From an uncultured Planctomycetaceae bacterium (GTDB taxonomy: Bacteria; Planctomycetota; Planctomycetia; Isosphaerales; Isosphaeraceae), in assembly GCA_963833985.1 (NCBI GenBank), contig CAWIAD010000002.1:128001-192000 (forward strand): 64,000 bases of DNA, given 5' to 3'. This document shows positions 23,346-35,091 of this stretch, piece by piece. Under the pieces are notes generated by a model. That model made no database searches. It had not been told where the DNA came from and was given only the letters and a program-made list of their open reading frames with translations. The position numbers were made by a program, and so were the translations under genes. Position 1 is the first letter of the stretch. Each line of letters starts with the position of its first letter.

Positions 23346-23428
23346 CCGCGCCGCGGGCGAGCCGCAAGCCGCTCCGGACACGGACTGCGGCACTGCCGGA
23401 AAAAGATGCTTCCGTCAACGGATGTGCA

Positions 23429-23457
23429 TCGACATTGCGATTTCAGGTGGCTAGAAT
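23429..23457 (+). promoter_or_regulatory. Putative sigma-70 promoter
   Basis: TCGACA-17 nt-TAGAAT upstream of the CDS at 23574. Confidence 0.45.
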
Positions 23458-23573
23458 TGGCCAATCGTCGCCACTCTGCCGCCACGACTTCCAATAGATA
23501 AAGAACCGGGCAGGGCATGGAGGCCACTGCCCGTGACTTGCTGGAAGCGGCTTTCCTGTCAGGGGACACCGCC

Positions 23574-24033
23574 ATGGGACCTGCCGAAATCGTCGCCAGC
23601 CTCAAGGAACTTTGCCGCCGAGAAGGGCCCCCGGCTGACCACCGAGGACATCGTGGCCTGGATCGACCGGCTGGAGGGCTTTGAAAGCTCCGCGGAGCTG
23701 ATCCAGTACGCCAAGAAGATGAAGGCGCGCCAGTACGCTCGCATGCTCGAGTTCGAGGACGAGAAATCGGGCCTGAGCATCAAGCGGCTCTGGAGCTTTT
23801 ACGACTCCCGGCGCGCGCGGCGGTTCTACATGGACATCCTGGAGATGCCCGACGAGCAGCGGACGCGGCTCATCCGCCAGTACGCGAAGTTCCTCAAGCA
23901 GCTTCGCTCCGTCCGCAAGGCCATGGCCGACTACTTCGCCGGCCAGCGCTTCTTCGATTTCTACCCTGGTGAGAACGAAGAGGAGAGCGAAGAGGCAGCC
24001 CCCCGCGCGAGAGCCTCTTCCAGGCAGCGCTAG
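23574..24033 (+). CDS. Hypothetical basic helical protein (frameshift near 23608)
   Basis: MGPAEIVASLK continues in the shifted frame as NFAAEKGPRLTTEDIVAWIDRL...FFDFYPGE; codon usage is strongly GC3-biased. Confidence 0.65.
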
Positions 24034-24234
24034 CGACAGGAGCGGCCAAGCCGATCGCGAAGTGCTGGCGTGCGTTTCACAGATGCGCGGATCTCTCGGG
24101 CGCGGCCACAACGCACAGCCACTTACTCGCTCCAGGCGTGTGCCCCACGGCGGACCTGCTTACCCCTGAACAGACTGCCCGCGTCTCGCCAGTTGCTCTC
24201 CGGAGCTTCTCGTGAGGTCACGCTCCGTCCCACC

Positions 24235-24537
24235 TCACCGACGAGGTTTCTCGATCAGGATCTCGGCCAGCTCAAGCGTCTCACCGGGCTTGACGCTGAA
24301 TTCTTTGCGGACTGCGAAGCTATAGGAATGGCCTGGGTCGCGGGGAAGCGTCGAGTCGCGGACCTGATAGGTTGCCCCGGGGATCAGGTCGGGGAAAACC
24401 ACCCGCCCTTGCGCATCCGAGGTGGGATAGGTCGCGTAGTGAGCGGGGTCGATGCCCGCCGGGTAGAGCACCTCGGCAGGCAGGCCATTTGCCTTCTCCG
24501 GCCCGGATTCAACCTCTGATGCAGGAGTCGCCATCAT
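24235..24537 (-). pseudogene. Orphan C-terminal fragment of a carboxypeptidase-regulatory-like domain protein
   Basis: TSDAQGRVVFPDLIPGATYQV...RKEFSVKPGETLELAEILIEKP, with no N-terminal part. Confidence 0.55.
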
Positions 24538-24789
24538 CCCGATACTGGCCCGGGACGTATAGCGTTTATCCCGGGTTGAGGCTCAAGAAGAATCACCAGC
24601 AAGCATGGAGCTTCAGCCGCAACGTCATGGTCAGCCGGGCGCAGCAAGATGAGCCCCAGGCCACCCGAAGCCGAGAGGACGCTCGGCTGTCCCCCTTCGA
24701 TTCGTTTTGCGGTAAACTATGGCAGCAAGAGTCCGACTGAAAGCAAGTGGCAGAAAGGTGTGTCGGAATTCGGAAGGGACCGTGGAATC

Positions 24790-25107
24790 ATGGCGCGTCG
24801 GCGCAACTTCACTGTGCTGACGCCTCTGGGACACCAGGTTTTCCTCACGCGCGGCCGGTGACGACAAATCATTCGGTTCAAGCACCCGGCCCTTGCGGGC
24901 CACGAACACGAGGCCCGCGACTGCCTGGCAACACCTTCGCTGATCCGAGAAAGTGCCAAAGAGCCCGATGTTCACCTTTATTACGCTCCCGCGGCAGATC
25001 GGCATCTCTGCGTCGTCACAGCGCCCGCTGACGAGAAAGAACGCTTCGTCGTCACAGTCTATTTCACCAGGAACATCAAGTCGGGGAACGAACTATGGAA
25101 AAGCTGA
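24790..25107 (+). pseudogene. RelE/barnase-like type II toxin with an in-frame TGA at 24859
   Basis: MARRRNFTVLTPLGHQVFLTRGR*RQIIRFKHPALAG...PSLIRES..DVHLYY...LCVV...FVVTVYFTRNIKSGNELWKS. Overlaps the DUF2283 start. Confidence 0.7.
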
Positions 25108-25313
25108 GGGTCTACTATGATCGTGAAGGGAACACCTTGAGTGTCTGGTTCGACGATCCAAAAAAGGAGTTTGTCTGCGAGGAAACCGACGACGACATCG
25201 TGCTGGTCAAGGACCGCGAGGGGCGAGTGATCGGCTTCGAGCGGCTCAATTATCTCTCAGCCAGGCAGAGAAAGTCTGGAGCCAACGTTCCCGTGGAAGT
25301 CCACATGGTTTGA
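25095..25313 (+). CDS. DUF2283 family putative antitoxin
   Basis: LRVYYDREGNTLSVWF...DDIVLVKDREGRVIGFE. Confidence 0.85.
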   Translation: MEKLRVYYDREGNTLSVWFDDPKKEFVCEETDDDIVLVKDREGRVIGFERLNYLSARQRKSGANVPVEVHMV

Positions 25314-25515
25314 GCACGGAGTGTTGAAAAAGGACCATCCAGCTTTCAATATGCGAACCCAATTGTCCTCCCATGCAACGGACGACTTTCTTGTATTCCC
25401 AGACGATGTGACGGTCTCCGGTGAACCGCACGATCGAGCCGGAGCCCTCAACTTCAGGTGCGCACTGTCTCAGCACCCGTCCACTTCTCTTGTCAGCGGA
25501 GAGGAGAGTTCGACC

Positions 25516-26778
25516 ATGGGCAAGCACCGCCGCCGGTTTCTCCAGACAGCGCTCGGCACGGCGTTTTTCGCAGCGGTAAGACCACGCGAGACAACCGCGC
25601 GCGAGCCGCACGCGCGCCTGACGATGAGCGAGCTCGAGCGCATTGCCGCGGCGCCGGTGCTTCAGGTGAGCGAGCTGACGGCGCCGGTGCTGATCAGCGA
25701 CATGGAGCTGCTGCGCAACGGGCACCAGTTCCTGGTCCGGGTGCGCTCGAAGGACGGCGCGGAGGGTCTGGCCGTTCCAAACTCCATGCACATCATCCAC
25801 ACCTACCCGATCTTTCTGAACCGGGTGGCGCCGTTCTTCCGGGGCAAGGATGCCCGCCAGCTTGAGCCCCTGCTCTGGGAGCTCTACCGGCACAACGACA
25901 ACTACAAGTACCAGGGGCTGGCGCTCTGGGTGTGCGTGGCGGCCGCCGAGTTCGCCGTCCTCGACCTCCTGGGGAAGCTCGCCGGCAAGTCCATCGGCAA
26001 CCTGCTGGGCGGCGTGAAGCGGACGGAAATTCCGGTCTATCGTGCCAGCGAACGACGGGGCAATACGCCCGAGGAGGAAATCGCGTTTCTTCAGCAGATC
26101 GTCGCCGAGAGCGGGGCCAAGGCGCTCAAGTTCCGCGTCGGCGGCAGGATGAGCCGCAATGCCGACTTGCTTCCCGGCCGTACGGAACGGCTCATCCCGC
26201 TGGTGCGCGAGACATTCGGGCCCGGCATGACGATCTATGCCGATTCGAACAGCTCGTACGACGTCCCCGAGGCCATCCGTGTGGGCCGGATCATGGAAGC
26301 GTATGATTATGGCTTCTATGAAGAACCGTGCCGGTTCGACCACCTGGAGGATACGAAGGCCGTCGCCGATGCCCTGCGGATTCCGGTCGCGGCCGGCGAG
26401 CAGGAGTTCAGCGAATACGGCTTCCGCTGGGTGATCGGCAACCACGGCGTCGACATCGTGCAGCCCGACTTGCACTATCACGGCGGCTTCATCCGCTCGC
26501 TGCGCATGGCGCGGATGGCTCACGCCGCTGGTCTGTTGTGCACGCCGCACATGTCCGGCTCGGGACTCGGCTACCTCGATGCGGTTCATTTCGTCTCGTG
26601 CATCGACAACCCCGTCCCGTTCACCGAGTTCAAGGGCAACGCCGACATCCCGGTGAGCAGTTCCGCGTCCTCGCTGAAGTGCGAGCACGGCACGGTCCGC
26701 GTGCCCACCGGACCGGGGTTCGGGATCGAGATCGATCCGAGCTTCGTCAAGGCATCCCGGAAAGTGACGACGTTCTGA
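25516..26778 (+). CDS. Mandelate racemase/muconate lactonizing enzyme (enolase superfamily), Tat-exported
   Basis: RRRFL Tat motif; KALKFRVG, YADSN, YEEP, AGEQ, VQPD, TPH, PTGPGFGIEID. Confidence 0.88.
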   Translation: MGKHRRRFLQTALGTAFFAAVRPRETTAREPHARLTMSELERIAAAPVLQVSELTAPVLISDMELLRNGHQFLVRVRSKDGAEGLAVPNSMHIIHTYPIFLNRVAPFFRGKDARQLEPLLWELYRHNDNYKYQGLALWVCVAAAEFAVLDLLGKLAGKSIGNLLGGVKRTEIPVYRASERRGNTPEEEIAFLQQIVAESGAKALKFRVGGRMSRNADLLPGRTERLIPLVRETFGPGMTIYADSNSSYDVPEAIRVGRIMEAYDYGFYEEPCRFDHLEDTKAVADALRIPVAAGEQEFSEYGFRWVIGNHGVDIVQPDLHYHGGFIRSLRMARMAHAAGLLCTPHMSGSGLGYLDAVHFVSCIDNPVPFTEFKGNADIPVSSSASSLKCEHGTVRVPTGPGFGIEIDPSFVKASRKVTTF

Positions 26779-26919
26779 GTCGGCTGCAAGCGATTCCGAG
26801 GCGATCCTCATCCGCGCCGGGAGCGCTGTCGTCTTGACCGATCACCTTGCGGCTCGGGACAATGCACATTCTTTACCCGCGCCCGACCAATTTCCAGCAA
26901 GATGCGAGACGGCTCCGCT

Positions 26920-28162
26920 ATGCCCCCGACACGCGACGAGGAAACGGCTACTCTTCCCATACGCTCGCTGCACCAGGTGCCCGATCACCTGGGCCGGTTC
27001 GGCGCCTTCGGCGGCCGGTTCGTGCCCGAGACACTCATGGATGCGCTCAACCGGCTGTCCAAGGAGTATGAGGAAACGAAGGTCGATGCGGACTTTCAGA
27101 ACACCCTCAACGACTACCTGAAGCACTACGTCGGCCGGCCCTCGCCGCTTTACCTGGCCCAGCGACTCACCGAGTTTGCCGGCGGCGCCGAGATCTTTCT
27201 CAAGCGTGAAGACCTGAACCACACTGGTGCCCACAAGATCAACAACGCGATCGGCCAGGTGATGCTGGCGCGGCGCATGGGCAAGAAACGCGTGATCGCC
27301 GAGACGGGGGCGGGACAGCACGGCGTGGCCACAGCCACGGCCTGTGCACTTTTCGGCTTGGAATGCACGGTCTACATGGGCGAGGAAGACATCCGCCGCC
27401 AGAAGCTGAACGTCTTCAACATGCGGACCATGGGCGCGAAGGTCGTGCCGGTGACGACCGGTTCGCGCACCCTGCGCGACGCCACCAACGAGGCGATGCG
27501 CGACTGGATGGGGTCGTCCGCGGAAACGCACTACACCATCGGCAGCGTGGTCGGCCCGCATCCGTTCCCGATGATCGTCCGCGACTTCCAGTCTGTCATC
27601 GGCCAGGAGGCCCGCCAGCAGTTCCAGGATCGCTTTCATCGGCTGCCCGACGCCATCGTCGCCTGCGTGGGCGGGGGATCGAACGCGGCGGGCATCTTCT
27701 ACCCGTTCATCGAGGACGCCGCGGTCGAGCTCGATTGGCGCCGAGGCGGGCGGACGGGGGATGACCTCCGGCGATCATGCCTCGAGCCTGACCCAGGGCA
27801 CGCCGGGCGTGCTGCACGGCAGCTTCAGCTACGTGCTCCAGAACGAGGACGGCCAGACCGAGAACGTGCACTCGATCTCGGCCGGGCTCGATTACCCGGG
27901 CGTCGGACCGGAGCACAGCTACTGGAAAGATCAGGGGCGCGTCCGCTACGAGAACATCAGCGACGCCGAGGCGCTCGACGCCTATCACACGACGGCCCGC
28001 CGCGAAGGCATCCTGCCCGCGCTCGAATCGAGCCACGCACTGGCCCAGGCGTTCAAGGAAGCCCGCCGCCTCGGCTCCGGCAAGACCCTGATCGTCTGCC
28101 TGTCGGGCCGCGGCGACAAGGACGCGTACGAGGTGGCCCGGCTGCGCGGAGAGCCGATTTGA
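26920..28162 (+). CDS. trpB: Tryptophan synthase beta chain (frameshift near 27735)
   Basis: [30 protein letters not shown]; then in the shifted frame [41 protein letters not shown]. Confidence 0.95.
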
Positions 28163-28343
28163 GCAGTGGGCAGTCGGCAGTTTGTAGGGTGGGTCGAGCC
28201 GCAGGCGAGGCCCACCAGGGCGGCAGTGGGCAGTGGGCAGTCTTTGTAGGGCGGCAGTCGGCAGTGGGCAGTAGGCAGCGGGCAGTCTTTGTAGGGTGGG
28301 TCGAGCCGCAGGCGAGGCCCACCAGGGCGGCAGTGGGCAGTGG
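28163..28343 (+). repeat. Mosaic of GGCAGTN heptamers and two identical 33-bp GTAG-type REP elements
   Basis: gtagggtgggtcgagccgcaggcgaggcccacc at 28184-28216 and 28291-28323, flanked by (ggcagt[g/c/a])n runs. Confidence 0.85.
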
Positions 28344-28362
28344 ACGCGATGGCGGTTTTTGC

Positions 28363-29193
28363 ATGAACCGAATTGACATTCTCTTTGGTCGACTCAGGAA
28401 CTCTCGCCGGCGGGCGCTGATGCCGTTTGTGACCGCGGGTGATCCTGACCTTGCGACGACGGCACTCCTGATCAGGGAGATCGTGGAGCGCGGGGCGGAC
28501 CTGATCGAGGTCGGCATTCCCTATTCCGACCCGATCGCGGATGGGCCGGTGATCGCCGCGAGCTACCACCGTGCTCTGGAGCGCGGGGTGCGCGTGCAGC
28601 ACATCTTCCAGACCCTGAGGACGCTCCGCGCCGAGGAATCCGAACTGCTGCATGCCACGCCGCTGGTTTCGATGGTTTCGTATTCCATCATCCACAAGCT
28701 CGGCGTGGAGCGCTACCTGAACGAGGCCGCCACCGCGGGGCTGGACGGCCTGATCGTGCCCGACCTCCCGGTCGAGGAGTCCGAGTCGCTCATGAACAGG
28801 GCCACGGTCCGCGGGCTGAAACTGATCCAGCTCATCACGCCGACCACCCCCCGTGACCGTGCCGTCCAGATCGCCCGGCTGACCACCGGATTCATCTACT
28901 ACGTCTCGGTGGCCGGCATCACCGGTGAGCGCAGGAGCTTGCCGCCGGACCTGGTCGAGAACGTGGCCTGGCTGCGAACCCAGACCGATCTGCCGATCTG
29001 CATCGGCTTCGGCATCAGCGGGCCCGAGCAGGTGCGGCAGCTTGCGCCGGTGGCCGACGGCCTGATCGTCGGCAGCGCCTCGGTGCGCCGGCTCGCCGAG
29101 GCGGTCAACCGCCCACGTGGCGAAGTGGTCAAGGAGATTGGCCAGTTCATCGGCGAGCTGGCCGGAGCGCTCGATGACGCATCCGCCTCATAA
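28363..29193 (+). CDS. trpA: Tryptophan synthase alpha chain
   Basis: [54 protein letters not shown]. Confidence 0.96.
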   Translation: MNRIDILFGRLRNSRRRALMPFVTAGDPDLATTALLIREIVERGADLIEVGIPYSDPIADGPVIAASYHRALERGVRVQHIFQTLRTLRAEESELLHATPLVSMVSYSIIHKLGVERYLNEAATAGLDGLIVPDLPVEESESLMNRATVRGLKLIQLITPTTPRDRAVQIARLTTGFIYYVSVAGITGERRSLPPDLVENVAWLRTQTDLPICIGFGISGPEQVRQLAPVADGLIVGSASVRRLAEAVNRPRGEVVKEIGQFIGELAGALDDASAS

Positions 29194-29713
29194 TTCTCGA
29201 AAGACCTCTTCGTACATCGCGATGCCGCAACCGGAATGAAACCGCCAGATGCCCATCCAGCGCCGCTCTGGCTGGTTCACCGCATCGACAGGGTCGAGAC
29301 AGCCAAGCGCCAGGATGGTCGCCGACGAAAGCTCGCAGTGCTCTCCGCGCAACGGCTGGCTGCGGATGAACGCCCACACCGGCTCGAAGAGTGTCGCCGC
29401 CACGGACCGATCGTAGCGCGACAGCACGGCCTGGGCGATGGGTATCTCGGATGCCCCACCCTCGAAATCCATGCGGGGGTCTTCACCGCCCCGGTCCTGG
29501 GCGACGGAGTCGCCAGAACACCTCGGCGACCCGCTCCGGGTCGATGCGCTCGACCATCGGCAAGATCGTCTCACCACACCCCGAAGCCGTAGCCGTGTAA
29601 GCTGAGAGCTCAGAGCGGGGCGCGCCGTCGATCTCCTGGATGGCTCGATCGAGCACGGCGCGGGCCGCGCCAGGAATTTGGATCCATACTCCGAAATAAT
29701 TCAAGGTACTCAT
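29188..29713 (-). pseudogene. Degenerate C-terminal fragment of a large planctomycete-type protein
   Basis: LPMVERIDPERVAEVFWR and, after a frameshift, LSRYDRSVAATLFEP. No clear full-length gene. Confidence 0.4.
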
Positions 29714-29825
29714 CTCGGTTTGCAATCGTCACTCGATTCATCCTGGACGCCTTCACGGTTATAATCGGTCTCGCCCGCGTGGAAATATCGGGCACCGGAC
29801 AAGCACTTCAGTACGAGCCCTCTCG

Positions 29826-32800
29826 ATGTTCGATCCCTGGATCGATGAGGCGACCGAGGACCAGGCGCAGACGCCGGGCGGTCCGCAGTTTGTCCGCGAA
29901 CCGGAGCAAAAGACGCCGCCGGAGCCGGCAGCTCCCGCACGGATCGGGCGCGTACAGGATCGAACGGAAGCTCGGCGAGGGAGGTTTCGGTCTCGTTTAC
30001 CTGTCGTTTGACGAGCAGCTCGAGCGGCTCGTGGCCGTCAAGGTGCCCCACTCGGGTCTGGTTTCGCAGCCAGAGGACGCCGAACCGTACCTGCACGAGG
30101 CCCGTGCGGTCGCCAGCCTGGACCATCCCAACATCGTGCCAGTCTACGACGTGGGTGGCAGCGAGGGGTTCCCGTGCTACGTGGTCTCCAAGTTCATCGA
30201 CGGCCAGACGCTCTCGAGCAGGATCCGGGGCGAACCCTTCAACTGCCGGCAGGCGGCTGCGCTGGTGGCCACGGTGGCCGAGGCGCTGCATCACGCCCAC
30301 AACCTGGGGATCGTCCACCGCGACGTCAAGCCAGGGAACATCCTGATCGATCAGGCCGGCAAACCCTACGTGGTCGACTTCGGGCTTGCCCTGCGCGAGG
30401 CGGACATCGGCAAGGGCCCGCGCTATGCCGGAACTCCCACCTTCATGAGCCCGGAGCAAGCCTGGGGCGAAGGGCATCGGGTCGACGGGCGATCCGACGT
30501 GTTCAGTCTGGGGATCGTCTTCTACCTGCTCCTCTCGGGGCGGGTCCCGTTCTCCGGCTGCACTCGAGAGGAGCTGCTGGAGCAGATCACCTGTCACGAG
30601 CCGAAACCTCCCCGCCAGATTGACGACCAGGTCCCCCGGGAGCTTGACCGGATCTGCCTGAAGGCGCTCGCCAAGCGGGCATGGGAACGGTACTCGACGG
30701 CCGCCGACATGGCCGAGGATCTCCGGTTCTTCCTGGGTGGCTCGCGCGACAGTGGATCACGGCCCGAAGACAGCCCGCGCGGGGTCGAACCCGCGACCGT
30801 TCAGCCGGCTGCCTCTTCGCGCTCGTCGACCACTTCCAACCCCACGCTTTCCCTGGGCACCAAGGTCCAGATCGTGCCCCGGGGACTACGGTCGTTCGAC
30901 GAGCAGGATGCCGATTTCTTCCTCGAGCTCCTGCCCGGCGCACGCGACCGCCACGGCATGCCCGAGATCCTGCGGTTCTGGAAGCACTGGGTGGAACAGA
31001 CCGACGCCGACCGTTCCTCCCCGGTTGGGCTCATCTACGGCCCGTCGGGCTGCGGCAAGTCGTCGCTGGTGAAGGCCGGATTGCTGCCGCGGCTGCCGGC
31101 GAACGTCCTTGCGGTTTATGTCGAAGCCACTCCTCAGGACACGGAGACGCGGCTCCTGGTCGGACTGCGACAGCGCTGTCCCGGCCTGCCGGAAGACTCT
31201 GGCCTGCGCGAGATCGTGGCGGCCCTCCGCCAGGGGAACTCCTTGCCGGAAGGCCGAAAGGTTCTTGTCGTTCTCGACCAGTTCGAGCAGTGGCTGCACG
31301 CGCGCCGGGAGGACGAGAACACGCTCTTGGTCCAGGCCCTGCGCCAGTGCGACGGCACGCACGTTCAGTGCCTGGTGATGGTTCGCGACGATTTCTGGAT
31401 GGCATCCACGCGCTTCATGAAGGCGCTGGAGATCCGCCTTGTTGACGGCCAGAACTCCGCCGCCGTCGACCTCTTCGATCCGGCCCACGCCCGCAAGGTG
31501 CTCGCCTCGTTCGGCCGGGCCTTTGGCAACCTGCCCAGATCCGACGACCAGGGAGTCCACGGCAGGGAGTCCACATACAGGGACCAAGAGAGCTTCCTCA
31601 AGGAGGCCGTGGCGGGATTGACCCAGGACGGCAAGGTGGTCTGCGTCCGGCTGGCCCTCTTCGCCGAGATGATGAAAGGCAAGTCCTGGAACCGCGGTAC
31701 GCTCGCCGAGGTCGGCGGCACGCGGGGGGTGGGGCTGACCTTCCTCGAAGAGAACTTCAGCGCATCGACCGCGCCGCCGGCTCATCGGTTGCACCAGCAG
31801 GCGGCGCGCGGCGTGCTGAAGGCGCTGCTGCCAGAATTGGGCACCGACATCAAGGGACACATGCGTTCCTGCGCCGAGCTGCTGGAAGCGTCCGGCTACC
31901 AGGGACGCCGCGCAGAGTTCGACGAGCTGATGCATATCCTGGACGCCGAGCTGCGGCTGATCACACCGACAGACCCGGACGGCCTCGCGAGCACCGGCGA
32001 CGGCGCGGCCCGACGCGACTCGGTTGATGGTTACTATCAGCTCACCCATGATTATCTCGTCCACTCGCTGCGCGACTGGCTGACAAGCAAGCAGCGCGAA
32101 ACCCGGCGCGGCCGCGCCGAGCTGCTGCTGGAAGAGCGGTCGCTGCTCTGGACTTCCCGGCCAGAGACTCGATTTCTGCCCTCGCTCTGGGAATGGGTCT
32201 GCATCCGACTGTTGACGGGCCCCAAGCACTGGACGACTTCCCAGCGCGCCATGGTGAGACGGGCAGGGCGAAAGCACGGTCTGGCCAGTCTGACGGCCGT
32301 GGGACTCCTTGCACTGACCACCTGGGGAGTGATCGAAGCCAGCGCCAACCTGGCGGCGGCGGGAATTGTTGATTCGCTGAAGACGAGCCGGACAGCCGAC
32401 GTACCTTCCATCATCGACGAGCTTGCTGCATATCGGCGCTGGGCCGACCCGCTGCTCCGCCGCTTGCTCAGGGAATCCGCCCCGAGCAGCCGCGCCCACC
32501 TCCACGCCAGCATGGCGCTGCTCGCCGACGATCCCTCCCAGGTCGACTTCCTCACCGACAGGCTGCTCACGGCGGCGACGCCCGATCTCCCCGTTCTCTG
32601 CAAGCTTTTGCAACCGCGCGGGTCGACCATCGTTCCAAGGCTCTGGGACGCGCTCGGCGCGGCGAAGCCGGGCGACCTCTCCGCACTACCGGCCGCGGCC
32701 GCCCTGGCCCAGTACGCTCCGGAAGACGCGCAGTGGTCCGGGCACGCGAACCAGGTTGCCGAGCGACTGGCGCACTGCAACCCCCTGGATCTCCCTGCCT

Positions 32801-34398
32801 GGCTCGAGTTGTTCCGGCCTGCTCGGGCCGTACTGCTTGCCCCGCTGGCCGAGGTCCTGCGCGATCGCTCTCCCCGGCGTACCGAAAGTGAACGCGAGAT
32901 CGCCGCGACCCTGCTTTCGGATTACGCCGCCGACCAGCCCGCGCTGCTCGCGGATCTGCTCATGCACGCCGACCCCGTGCCATTCGCCGCACTCTTGCGT
33001 GCCGCGGAGAAGCAAGCGAACCGGGTTGCACCGATCTTGCGAGCTGAGACCCGGAGAGCCACGGACCCGGCCGCGAACCCGGCTGACGCGGCGACTGCCG
33101 ACGAGCTCGCCGCGCGGCGAGCCCGGGCCGCGGCCGCCCTGATCCGCATGGACCGGGCGGTCGACGCCTTCTTGCTGCTGCGCAGCGCGCCTGATCCCGG
33201 ACCTCGCTCTCATTTCATCCACGGGCTTCAACCCCTGGGAATTCCTGCCGAGCGCCTTGCCGGCGAGCTCGCGCGACTCAACTCACAGAACAGCGAAGCA
33301 GGCGCCGCCGGCAAGCACACCATGCAGGCGATTTTACAGCACCCGCAGATATCGTCCCGCCGGGCCCTCATCCTGGCGCTGGGTACGTACCCTGCCAGTG
33401 ACCTTGCTCCGGAACTCTTCACCTCCCTCTGTTCCACGCTGCTTGACCTGTACCGCAGCGATCCCGACAGCGGGATCCATGGCGCGGTCGAGTGGACGCT
33501 CAAGGCCTGGGGCCGCGTCGAGGAACTCCGCAGAGTGGACCTGGAGCTGAGCCGCGGCGCGCTGCGCAAGGACCGCCGGTGGTACGTCAACAGCCTGGGT
33601 CAAACCCTCGCCGTGGTCGACGGCCCCGTCGAGTTCCTGATGGGTTCTCCGGATTCGGAGCCCCATCGCGGAGGCGACGAAACTCAGCATCGACGGATCA
33701 TCCCCCGCCGGTTCGCGATCGCCACCAAGGAGGTGAGCCACGCCGAGCTGGAGAAGTTCCTCAAGGAGCATCCCGAGCTGGGCTCGGCGAACCGCCGCGA
33801 GTTCAGCCCCGATCCCGCGTGCCCTGCCAGCAAGCCAAGCTGGTACGCCGCGGCCGCGTTCTGCAACTGGCTGAGCGACCGTGAGCATTGCCCCCGCTGC
33901 TACGATCCCGCTCCCGATGGCCTGTATGGCGACGGAATGCGTGTGCCTGCCGACGCCCTGACCCGGACCGGCTATCGTCTACCCACCGAGGCGGAATGGG
34001 AATTCACCTGCCGTGCCGGGACCCTCGTCAGCCGCTACTGCGGAGCCGGCCCGACGCAGCTCTCGCATTACGGCTATTTCAATATGAACTCGGACGGCCA
34101 CGCCTGGCCCTGCGGCCAGCTCATGCCGAACGACCTGGGGCTCTTCGACATGCTGGGAAATGTCTACGAGTGGTGTCAGGATCGCTGGGAACCCTACCAG
34201 CCGAGCCCCGCCGGTGTGATCCTGGATCTTCTCAGCCAGCCGTTCCCGGTCCTGCAAACCAACCGGTACATTCTCCGAGGCGGGGGTTTCGTCGACGTGC
34301 CGGGCCATCTGAGAGCGGCCCAGAGGAGTTTCAATACCCCCAACAACCAGCTCGGTGTCTATGGGTTTCGGATCGCCCGGACATTGCCTGCGCCGTGA
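29826..34398 (+). CDS. Ser/Thr kinase - STAND-like P-loop NTPase - helical repeats - FGE-sulfatase domain protein (frameshift near 29948)
   Basis: LGEGGFG, HRDVKPGNIL, DFGLA; GPSGCGKSSLVKAG (Walker A), VLDQFEQ (Walker B), YQLTHDYL; FLMGSP, RLPTEAEWEF, GLFDMLGNVYEW, GFRIAR. Confidence 0.9.
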
Positions 34399-34457
34399 GC
34401 GGCACTCAACCGATCACGGCACCGCCATCGTCACACCGGGCGGATGCCGGGCACTCT

Positions 34458-35036
34458 TCATGGTGCTTCGTCTCCAGGTGGTGGAGGAGGACCGAACCCG
34501 CCCCGGCCGCGCGGACCGCCCGGCCCGCGTCGCCGCATCTGCTCCAGCGTCTTCTTCTGTGGCTCCGTGAGGATCCTCGCCAGCCGGGCGTCCACCTCCT
34601 TCTGAAGCGCGTCGAGCTCTGCTTGCTGATCCGCAGTCAGCTCGAGAGCGCGGCGGAAGAACGGCGGAAGAACCTCACCCGGGCGCGGGGGCCCCATCAT
34701 GGGACCACCGGGACCACCGAAGCCGCCGGGAGGGCCAGAGCCGCCGGGAGGGCCAAAGCCACCCGAATTACCCCGGTAGCTGGCCGCTTCCTTCGTGGCC
34801 AGCGCGCTCAGTTCGGCCCTGGTGACCGTGCCGTCCTTGTCGGCATCGGCCCGGTCGAAGAGCCGGCTCAGACGCTCGTCACCAACCTCGGACTTCGTCA
34901 GCTTGCCGTCACCGTTCTTGTCGTACGCCATCATCCGTTCCACCAGGGAATCGGCGACGGCTGAACTCTGCGCCAGGGCAAAGGACGCGGCGATCAGGCT
35001 GCCGCCGGCCAGTAGCAAGATGTGAAGTTTTCGCAT
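34458..35036 (-). CDS. Secreted EF-hand protein with Gly/Pro-rich segments
   Basis: Signal peptide; DKNGDGKLTKSE and DADKDGTVTRAE; LELTADQ. Confidence 0.85.
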   Translation of the reverse strand: MRKLHILLLAGGSLIAASFALAQSSAVADSLVERMMAYDKNGDGKLTKSEVGDERLSRLFDRADADKDGTVTRAELSALATKEAASYRGNSGGFGPPGGSGPPGGFGGPGGPMMGPPRPGEVLPPFFRRALELTADQQAELDALQKEVDARLARILTEPQKKTLEQMRRRGPGGPRGRGGFGPPPPPGDEAP

Positions 35037-35091
35037 GGCTCTCCTCAAGGGCGTTGTCCAGGACCGGTTCATGAACTCAGTCGGGCGCGAT

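Noticed and set aside
24859..24861. TGA recoding (Trp/Sec) or an alternative genetic code
   Set aside because: TGA is the ordinary stop for most genes here; a nonsense mutation or base error is simpler.
28163..28343. CRISPR array
   Set aside because: Only two 33-bp repeats, the spacer is heptamer low-complexity sequence, and there are no cas genes.
26902..29193. 763-aa apparent TrpB-TrpA fusion ORF
   Set aside because: It arises from the indel near 27735. The true TrpB C-terminus is in another frame and ends at 28162, and the supposed linker is translated repeat DNA.
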